Shown here: in pieces, positions 1 to 5,700 of the stretch
Position numbering within the stretch: the first letter of the stretch is position 1
How the letters are laid out: the number at the start of each line of letters is the position of its first letter
IMG/VR virus record: IMGVR_UViG_3300045988_160567
Span: 1-17,469 of that record
Strand: one strand, 5' to 3'
DNA: 17,469 nt
Source: a virus
The notes under the pieces: model-generated
The model's database searches: none
Told to the model about the DNA's origin: nothing
The model's input: the letters and a program-made list of their open reading frames with translations, nothing else
Program-made: the position numbers and the translations under genes

Positions 1-284
1 GGGGTATATATACAGAAATCGTCACATCTTCCCCATCCGTCACACCTGTAACATCCGTAACATGATCTGCATCACACACCCTCTAGAACGCGTTGTAACC
101 CACCTAGAACGGACGAAAAAATCGGCCTAGGCGTGGACACACACCCACCATGGCGATTGCTTCTAGGGCCCTTACAGCGCGTCTGAGGCCCATCTGGGCG
201 GGCTGGGTTCGGCGTTGTGTCTCGGGATCACCCGCCGGCTGTTTGTGGCCCACGTCACACCAATTCTGGTGAGGCGCATCACAG

Positions 285-450
285 CGGGCGCCTGTCAAGG
301 GCATTCTGTGTGGCGTTGGTCACGCACCCTAATTAACCGATCGGTTAAATGGCGCGCACCACAATCACGGTTTGTCAAGATCGAGCGAGCGTGGCGTCGG
401 TCACAAACTGTCCCTAAATTAACCGGCCGGTCGGTTGGTGACCGACCGCA
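285..450. repeat. Two tandem ~80-86-bp modules inside ITR-L, mirrored at about 17020-17185
   Basis: Each module has four parts in the same order. First, GGCGCATCACA / GCGCGCACCACA (274-284, 352-363). Second, TGTCAA, which is TTGACA on the other strand (293-298, 373-378). Third, GTGGCGTTGGTCAC / GTGGCGTCGGTCAC (310-323, 391-404). Fourth, CCCTAA(A)TTAACCG followed by a palindrome (333-348, 419-438). Confidence 0.7.
333..348. promoter_or_regulatory. Perfect 16-bp palindrome TTAACCGATCGGTTAA, candidate protein-binding site or operator
   Basis: Read directly from the sequence. An identical copy lies in ITR-R at 17121-17136. A related partial palindrome, TTAACCGGCCGGT (419-431), sits in the next module. 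Confidence 0.45.
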
Positions 451-462
451 CACGAAACTTGG

Positions 463-491
463 TTGACATGGGCAGTCGTCGGTGCCATTAT
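463..491 (+). promoter_or_regulatory. Left early promoter (sigma-70/SigA-like)
   Basis: TTGACA (463-468), a 17-nt spacer ending in TGc (extended -10), then CATTAT (486-491). It lies about 50 nt upstream of the first left gene. The same architecture is present in ITR-R. Confidence 0.6.
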
Positions 492-495
492 TAAG

Positions 496-516
496 CCATC
501 ACCACAGAGGTGACGG
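496..516 (+). promoter_or_regulatory. 5' UTR hairpin or operator-like palindrome just downstream of the left early promoter
   Basis: CCATCACC-ACAGA-GGTGACGG, an 8-bp stem with one mismatch. The ITR-R copy (16953-16973) forms a perfect 8-bp stem, CCATCACC/GGTGATGG. Confidence 0.4.
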
Positions 517-540
517 AATCGAACAGAGAGGTACAGAAAG

Positions 541-993
541 GTGATTAGCAAGATTCTGGATGATATGACGCTCGATTGGGATTACGCCAGTGAGAGGAAG
601 GCGATGAGCCGGTCCTATTCCGGCCGAATCGTGTTCGGATGGTACTTTTTCATCATGGCGGGGGAGAATGGTTGGACCGGCTTCGTCGAGAATAAGATCT
701 ATGCCTTCAAGCGCTTCGAAGTCTCTTCGGACGATGAGACGGCCCTCACGCTTATCTTGAATAAGATGAAGGCATTCATCGCAGTTGTTCAGGACTTCCG
801 ATCAGCGGTCGCTCGGGAATCGAGTGATCACATCTATAACCGCATTCCGTCCGATGACGCGATTATCGGATTGTCCGGTCCGTACGGCAGTCGGATTAAT
901 GTTATCGAGGATCGCGTTGGCGGATGGCACGCCATTGGCGGCGGACGGTACTGTGACATGGTTAGCCGTGTCATTACTATGATGGGGCTGTGA
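541..993 (+). CDS. Hypothetical early protein (150 aa), first gene of the left early operon
   Basis: GTG start 6-8 nt after the RBS CAGAGAGGTACAGAAAG. Its stop overlaps the next start (GTGATG). I recognise no motif. Confidence 0.7.
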   Translation: MISKILDDMTLDWDYASERKAMSRSYSGRIVFGWYFFIMAGENGWTGFVENKIYAFKRFEVSSDDETALTLILNKMKAFIAVVQDFRSAVARESSDHIYNRIPSDDAIIGLSGPYGSRINVIEDRVGGWHAIGGGRYCDMVSRVITMMGL

Positions 994-1451
994 TGATTTC
1001 CTTTAGCGACTCTTTGATCAAGTTCATTCTTAACGAGACATTCGGAGTCAATTCTTTCGAACTGGCGGGCGACGTCTATCACTTCAATAACGGTGTCAAT
1101 ACTCATGGTTCCATCACTCGCGATGAGACGGGATGGATTGTTCGATACAATCTCACGCCCGTTGAGATCGTGGTGAACCAGAATGGCGGTGAGGCGGATG
1201 ATTTGATCACTGCTCTTGATCGGGCTAATGCGTTGGCCGATTCCGCGCGCATGATCTTGGAGAGGGTCGCGGACCGTGGTTGGGAACCCGTGAGTCATGC
1301 GAAGCACTCGGTTTGCCGATTCTATAAGGACGGCGTTACTGCGACTCTTTATCAGAACATTTCCCGTACGTGCCCGTTCAGTGTTGTGGGGCCGCACGCG
1401 GCCGTGACCGATTTCGTTGTTGCGGGGAAGGGCATGGTGGATTGGCGATGA
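990..1451 (+). CDS. Hypothetical early protein (~152 aa)
   Basis: The start (GTG 990 or ATG 993) overlaps the upstream stop. The gene is co-oriented and tightly packed. No motif recognised. Confidence 0.7.
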   Translation: MMISFSDSLIKFILNETFGVNSFELAGDVYHFNNGVNTHGSITRDETGWIVRYNLTPVEIVVNQNGGEADDLITALDRANALADSARMILERVADRGWEPVSHAKHSVCRFYKDGVTATLYQNISRTCPFSVVGPHAAVTDFVVAGKGMVDWR

Positions 1452-1867
1452 CGCAGGTTTTCAAGTGGTTTGTCAATGATATTCGCATCGTTTCGGACGA
1501 GCCGAGGGTCGTTCGAGCCGATTTCAACAATTATGACGTTGCGGTGTTCAGTGATGAGAGCGGGTTCTGGCGCGTAAAGATTCTGGGGAAAGATTTTATT
1601 GTCAAGATTCCCGGGACGCCCGGGTTCAGGATCGCCTTTGTTCAGGCACTCAGACTTTCCGAGGAAATGCAAGCGGTTACTGACGCGCTTATGGATGCGG
1701 GGTACAGGAAGGTGGATCCGCTTCATTATGAGTGGGTGATTTTTGAGTCTCCCGACTATAATTGGGTGAGCATCTCCCCCACGGGGGCGAATAGTGATCC
1801 TCGTGGGGAGTGGGGCGTCTACTCCCACAGTGATTCGGTGAGGCGGTCGTTAGAGAGGTTTGCATAA
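1448..1867 (+). CDS. Hypothetical early protein (139 aa)
   Basis: I chose ATG 1448 (MTQVFKWF...), which overlaps the upstream stop as ATGA, over the longer 1370 start that would overlap the previous gene by 82 nt. It shows weak similarity to the 990-1451 product. Confidence 0.7.
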   Translation: MTQVFKWFVNDIRIVSDEPRVVRADFNNYDVAVFSDESGFWRVKILGKDFIVKIPGTPGFRIAFVQALRLSEEMQAVTDALMDAGYRKVDPLHYEWVIFESPDYNWVSISPTGANSDPRGEWGVYSHSDSVRRSLERFA

Positions 1868-1885
1868 GTGTGAGGGGATCGGATA

Positions 1886-2137
1886 ATGTTATCTGAGGTT
1901 ATTGCGGAAGTGGCCGAACACGGCCATGCTAATGTGTCTGATCCGTATGGCGGGCCGTATCTCGCTAGGATATGGGAGGATGATGGTAAGTTGAAGATGG
2001 TCCGCATGGCGAACCATCAGAATGTCATGCTGGTTGTGTGTGATTCTTGGGATGATTTGGCGTGGCATTTCCAGGCTGAACCCACGATCTATCCGCATGC
2101 TCGTCTGTTTCCGTTCCACATCGGAGAGAAACCATGA
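1886..2137 (+). CDS. Hypothetical early protein (83 aa)
   Basis: ATG preceded by the RBS GAGGGGA. The ATGA overlap with the next gene suggests translational coupling. Confidence 0.7.
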   Translation: MLSEVIAEVAEHGHANVSDPYGGPYLARIWEDDGKLKMVRMANHQNVMLVVCDSWDDLAWHFQAEPTIYPHARLFPFHIGEKP

Positions 2138-2460
2138 TCGCACTCTTTTATGACAAGCGGCTTGATCCGCATCGTGTGAAGTGCTCGGTGTACGGGCGCA
2201 ATAGTGGGAAGTTCCGGATCGCATTCCGATTCCGGGGCTGGACTCATATCATGGTGACCAATAGGGTTACTGGGGCCATGTGCCTCGAGTGCCCGGTAAC
2301 ACGATATTTTAGTTACACTAAGGATGATGCCATTAAGGGCATGACGGAGGATGAAGCCGTCTATCACGCCCTGAACATCATGGTCACGGCGGCTTACAAC
2401 GATATCGTCGTGGTCGCGCGTCCGGGGGAGTCCCGGCGCGAGTCTCGGAAGGAGAACTGA
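2134..2460 (+). CDS. Hypothetical early protein (108 aa), basic C-terminus
   Basis: ATG preceded by GGAGAGAAA. The ORF fills the gap exactly. No motif recognised. Confidence 0.7.
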   Translation: MIALFYDKRLDPHRVKCSVYGRNSGKFRIAFRFRGWTHIMVTNRVTGAMCLECPVTRYFSYTKDDAIKGMTEDEAVYHALNIMVTAAYNDIVVVARPGESRRESRKEN

Positions 2461-2462
2461 AC

Positions 2463-2801
2463 ATGTCCATCAATTCTTATGGCGCTCCCCTGTCTTTCGT
2501 GGATCGTCTGGCTCTGCTCACGAATGCTGAGTCGCTTTATCAGGCGGCGCGTAGTGGCGATTCTTTCGTCTGCGTGAGGGCGGTCATCGGTGAGGTGACC
2601 GGGGATGACGGGGAGGCCCGTGACGTCGCCTATTTCCAGGCGGAGGGCGGCGTCTGGTACCGATCGAGCGCCAGTATCCCGTTGGCTGTGGCGCGCGCGC
2701 TGATCGCGTCGGATGATGCTCCGGAGTCTGTGACTCTGACGCCTGGTACGGCGACGTCGAGGTCGGGCCGGGAGTACACTACGTTGAGTGTTTCGGCCTG
2801 A
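2463..2801 (+). CDS. Putative ssDNA-binding protein (phi29 p5-like), 112 aa
   Basis: Strong RBS GGAAGGAGAA. The gene sits just upstream of the terminal protein and polymerase genes. The segments GDDGEARDVAYFQAEGGVWYRSSASIPLAVARALIAS and VTLTPGTATSRSGREYTTLSVSA resemble my recollection of phi29 p5. The function is tentative. Confidence 0.5.
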   Translation: MSINSYGAPLSFVDRLALLTNAESLYQAARSGDSFVCVRAVIGEVTGDDGEARDVAYFQAEGGVWYRSSASIPLAVARALIASDDAPESVTLTPGTATSRSGREYTTLSVSA

Positions 2802-2857
2802 GTCGAGGGAGGTGATGGGCGGCCCGTCAATATTATTGGCGGGTCGTCCGTTATATT

Positions 2858-3823
2858 ATGAGTGAGTTGGATGATCTTCGTGATGCTGTGCGCCGGGAGA
2901 ATCGGCGCGCGGGGAGGAAGTTGGCGTCTATCGCCAAGGGTACGTATGGTCTGCGTGGGCCGCTGGCGTATATGCGCGGGAAGGTCGAGGGTGTGGACGT
3001 TCGGGGCACTGAGTATGATCCTCGTGTGCCGGGCAGGCGCGTGGGGAGGATGACTACTGCGCAGGCTCGGGTCGCGTTGGAGCGTCTCACTGAGTTCAAT
3101 AACTCAAGGTCGGTGGGATTTTTCAGGGGAGTCGGCGGCGCGGTGATTTCTCGAAAGAATATGGCGGCGTACGCGTATGAGACGCGTCGGTATAATGAGG
3201 AACGTGCGGAATATCGTGCGCGGACGGCTAAGGTTCCGACGCCGTGGTCGGGGTTCGGGCGTACGGCTGAGGAAGTGCTGTCTTGGACGCGTCCGTCGCC
3301 GTGGGAGGCGCCTAAGAATCCTTTTGAGGATCATTTTGATCGTAAATTGCCTCTCCCCCAGCAGATCGTATCGGATGACGCCGCTAAGAAGTTGGCGGAT
3401 CATTTGGCGGAGGCTCGGTTGCCGCGTGGGTATGCGCGGCGGGCGGCTTTGGTGCGTGAGAATATTCGGGATATGGTGGCGCGCACGGGTGATAAGGATT
3501 TGCTGGAAACTATTATGGGCATGGACGATGAGACGCTCATGTTCGTGTGGACGGTGGACGGGACGCTCGCACGAAATATTTCATTCCGCTATGAAGCGGT
3601 GAAATATCTTGAATCGCCGCATCCGCGCACGAGTGAAGAAAAGTTGAAGTCGCGCACCGAGAACTTCCTCATGGGAATGGAGGATTCCCGCGCCGAGTTG
3701 GATCAATATTTGAAGGAGCTTTCCAGTGTCCGTGTCCCGTCGGCGCAGTCGTCGCAAAGGCGATCCTCTGGACGGCGTGGCGGTCGCGGATTTCGAGACG
3801 GACGCGGACGTCGCCGCCGATAG
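2858..3823 (+). CDS. Putative terminal protein, the primer for protein-primed replication (321 aa)
   Basis: The gene lies immediately upstream of, and overlaps, the protein-primed polymerase gene, as phi29 gene 3 does with gene 2. The N-terminus is basic. TAQARVALERLTEFNNSRSVGFF...VISRKNMAAYAYETRRYN is weakly similar to the phi29 terminal protein as I remember it. The C-terminal tail is Arg/Gly-rich. Confidence 0.65.
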   Translation: MSELDDLRDAVRRENRRAGRKLASIAKGTYGLRGPLAYMRGKVEGVDVRGTEYDPRVPGRRVGRMTTAQARVALERLTEFNNSRSVGFFRGVGGAVISRKNMAAYAYETRRYNEERAEYRARTAKVPTPWSGFGRTAEEVLSWTRPSPWEAPKNPFEDHFDRKLPLPQQIVSDDAAKKLADHLAEARLPRGYARRAALVRENIRDMVARTGDKDLLETIMGMDDETLMFVWTVDGTLARNISFRYEAVKYLESPHPRTSEEKLKSRTENFLMGMEDSRAELDQYLKELSSVRVPSAQSSQRRSSGRRGGRGFRDGRGRRRR

Positions 3824-5426
3824 TACTCACGTGTGGGCGTGGTGTCTGCGTGAGGTGAATGCTGAGTGCGGGTACCAGTACGGCACGACTATTGATTCGT
3901 TCATGGCCCGCGTCCTGCATTCCGGGCTGGACGTGTATTTCCACAACCTGCGCTTTGACGGCAATTTCATTATCTACTGGGCTCTGACGCACGGTTACAA
4001 GCACATTGAAGTGGATTCGTCGAAGGATATCATCCCGGAGAATCACTTCTCATGTCTCATTGATGACATGGGGATGTTCTACGCGATTCGATTCCCGGAC
4101 GTCATCTTCAAAGACTCGCTCAAAAAACTGCCCATGACGGTCGGGCAGATGGCGAAAGCGTTCGAGTGCGATCAGGGGAAGGGCGAGATCGACTACACGC
4201 TCCCCCGTCCGGTTGGGTATGAGCCGACGGCGGCTGAGTGGGAGTATGTGCGCACGGATGTGAGTATCGTGGTGACGGCGTTGTCTGAGGTGATTCGTGA
4301 GGGTATGCGGGCGTTGACTGTGGCTTCGGACGCCCTGCACGAGTTCAGGGGCCTTTTCGGTTGGAAGAACTTCGAAAAATACTTCCCGCGCCTGCCGCTC
4401 GATATTGACGCGGATATTCGACGCGCATACAGGGGCGGTTTTACGTACGCGGATCGGCGGACGGCGGGGATGCTGGTTGAGAATGGGTCGGTTTATGACG
4501 TTAATTCTTTGTACCCGTATGTGATGCGCGAGCGGCCGCTCCCCTATGGTGTGCCGGTGCGTTTCGAGGGCGGGCCGCCGTCGGATGGTCTGTGGGTGGG
4601 TCATGTGACGCTGACTGCGCGGATCAGGCCAGATCATATTCCGTGCATTCAAGTGAGGTCGGGGTTTCGTGGTTCGTCGTCGGAGTATGCCGATGAGATC
4701 GTGGAGCCGACGACTTTCAGCGTGTCTTCGGTGGACTGGGCGCTGTGGAATGATCAGTACGATATTGAGGTTTACGCTTGGGATGGTGGCTGGCGGTTCG
4801 CGTCGCGACGGGGGTTCTTCGATTCTTATATTGATAAATGGGGCGCGATCAAGGCCGAATCCAAGGGCGGGAAACGGGCCATGGCGAAACTGTACCTTAA
4901 TTCTTTGTACGGGAAGTTCGGCAGTGGCACCGATGCGACGGGTCGCGTGCCCGTGATGGAGGATGGTGCCGTGCGTCTCGTGCAGGGTAGGGCGAGGACG
5001 CGTGAGCCGGTTTATACGGTGTTGGCGGTTTTTGTGACGTCATGGGCTCGGGACTATACTATTAGGACGGCGCAGAAGAATTATGATCGCTTCCTCTACG
5101 CGGATACTGACTCGCTGCATCTTCTGGGCGCTGAGGATCCTGTGGGTGCGGATGTGCATCCGACGCGGTTGGGTGCGTGGGCGCATGAGAGCGACTTTGA
5201 TAGTGCGGTTTTCAACCGGGCAAAGCAATACTGTGAGAGTAAAGACGGCATTAATGATACCCACATCGCCGGCCTGCCCCGCCACCTGGGAGACAAAATC
5301 TCCCCCATTGACATGTTGCGCGATCAATGTTGGGGCGGTAAACTAGTCCCGAAGAGGATTCCGGGCGGCGTGATCCTCCGAGAGACTTATTTCACATACG
5401 CCGCAGTGAGAGGAAGATCATCGTGA
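3726..5426 (+). CDS. Family-B, protein-primed DNA polymerase (phi29 gp2-like), 566 aa
   Basis: All expected motifs are present: ExoI ADFETD, ExoII HNLRFDGNFI, ExoIII YVRTDVSIV, AYRGGFTY, motif A DVNSLYPY, motif B KLYLNSLYGKFG, motif C LYADTDS, and the KxY motif RAKQY. The GTG start at 3726 lies 7 nt after the Shine-Dalgarno sequence AAGGAG (3713-3718). Confidence 0.97.
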   Translation: MSVSRRRSRRKGDPLDGVAVADFETDADVAADSTHVWAWCLREVNAECGYQYGTTIDSFMARVLHSGLDVYFHNLRFDGNFIIYWALTHGYKHIEVDSSKDIIPENHFSCLIDDMGMFYAIRFPDVIFKDSLKKLPMTVGQMAKAFECDQGKGEIDYTLPRPVGYEPTAAEWEYVRTDVSIVVTALSEVIREGMRALTVASDALHEFRGLFGWKNFEKYFPRLPLDIDADIRRAYRGGFTYADRRTAGMLVENGSVYDVNSLYPYVMRERPLPYGVPVRFEGGPPSDGLWVGHVTLTARIRPDHIPCIQVRSGFRGSSSEYADEIVEPTTFSVSSVDWALWNDQYDIEVYAWDGGWRFASRRGFFDSYIDKWGAIKAESKGGKRAMAKLYLNSLYGKFGSGTDATGRVPVMEDGAVRLVQGRARTREPVYTVLAVFVTSWARDYTIRTAQKNYDRFLYADTDSLHLLGAEDPVGADVHPTRLGAWAHESDFDSAVFNRAKQYCESKDGINDTHIAGLPRHLGDKISPIDMLRDQCWGGKLVPKRIPGGVILRETYFTYAAVRGRSS

Positions 5427-5614
5427 CTGAGGACCGGATGTGCAATATTTCCACTACTATTCCGCGCAATCTCTACGATTATGTGGACGACATGCACTGG
5501 CGCGAGCGGCGCAGCATCGCGTCAATCGTGCGTGACGCGATCCGAGACTGGGCACTGGCCCGCGGATGGGAGGATTGTGATACTCTTTTCTCGCAGGATT
5601 CCGAAGCGCAGTAG
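5423..5614 (+). CDS. Small ribbon-helix-helix (CopG/Arc/MetJ-like) DNA-binding protein, 63 aa
   Basis: ISTTIPRNLYDYVDDMHWRERRSIASIVRDAIRDWALARG fits a strand-helix-helix pattern. The GTG start overlaps the polymerase stop (GTGA) and follows the RBS GAGAGGAAG. It is the last gene of the early operon. Confidence 0.65.
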   Translation: MTEDRMCNISTTIPRNLYDYVDDMHWRERRSIASIVRDAIRDWALARGWEDCDTLFSQDSEAQ

Positions 5615-5700
5615 GCGCCCCGTCGAGATCGGCTCGCCGTGATAGGTGCTCGACGGATGTGATCGCAGGCCCCTGCCGCTACTGCGCGCGGGTGATTCTG

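Larger units (their letters stand above)
1..547. repeat. Left inverted terminal repeat (ITR-L), about 545 bp, imperfect copy of the right end
   Basis: Reverse complement of 16921-17469 aligns base for base with 1-547. The first 11 nt are identical (GGGGTATATAT). Positions 70-131 and 368-443 are perfectly identical blocks. About 190-240 is strongly diverged. There is one 1-nt indel near 150. Similarity runs through the promoter, 5' UTR, RBS (CAGAGAGG) and start codon of the first gene at each end. Confidence 0.93.

Noticed and set aside
104-304. An outward-facing 66-aa ORF in ITR-L and its 60-aa counterpart at 17216-17398.
   Set aside because: The 1-nt indel between the ITR copies shifts the frame, so the two products share only a short stretch (LRRAVRALEAI). 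There is no RBS. The conserved features here are better explained as nucleic-acid structure.
293-378. The outward-facing perfect TTGACA boxes (298-293 and 378-373, mirrored at 17171 and 17091), read as conventional promoters.
   Set aside because: The hexamers 17 nt downstream are GCCTCA and GCGCCA, with no TANNNT-like -10 element nearby. I report them only as conserved module components and do not annotate them as promoters. They could still be activator-dependent.
215-466. An 83-aa ORF inside ITR-L. Its mirror, an 84-aa ORF at 17003-17257 (minus strand), is open in both ITR copies.
   Set aside because: Nearly every nucleotide difference between the two copies changes the amino acid (QGHSVW vs QDPFMW, WRAPQS vs WGASHS, DRPHTKLG vs DQAHTKPA), so there is no sign of purifying selection on a protein. 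The start is non-ATG with no RBS. The product is Arg-rich, as expected from an off-frame reading of GC-rich DNA. The ORF runs straight through the palindromic and repeat modules and the early promoter.
1370-1447. Longer alternative starts offered by the ORF track: 1370 for the third early gene, 11241 for the appendage gene and 15241 for the endolysin.
   Set aside because: Each would create a long overlap with the preceding gene. The internal ATGs (1448, 11295, 15325) either overlap the upstream stop as ATGA-type junctions or follow a GAGAGG-type RBS.
3177-3602. A 141-aa Arg-rich ORF in an alternative plus-strand frame inside the terminal protein gene. Similar short same-strand ORFs lie at 6242-6475, 6707-6964, 7256-7621 and 10887-11156.
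   Set aside because: They have the low-complexity Arg/Ser/Pro composition typical of off-frame GC-rich sequence. They have no RBS and are fully embedded in well-supported genes.
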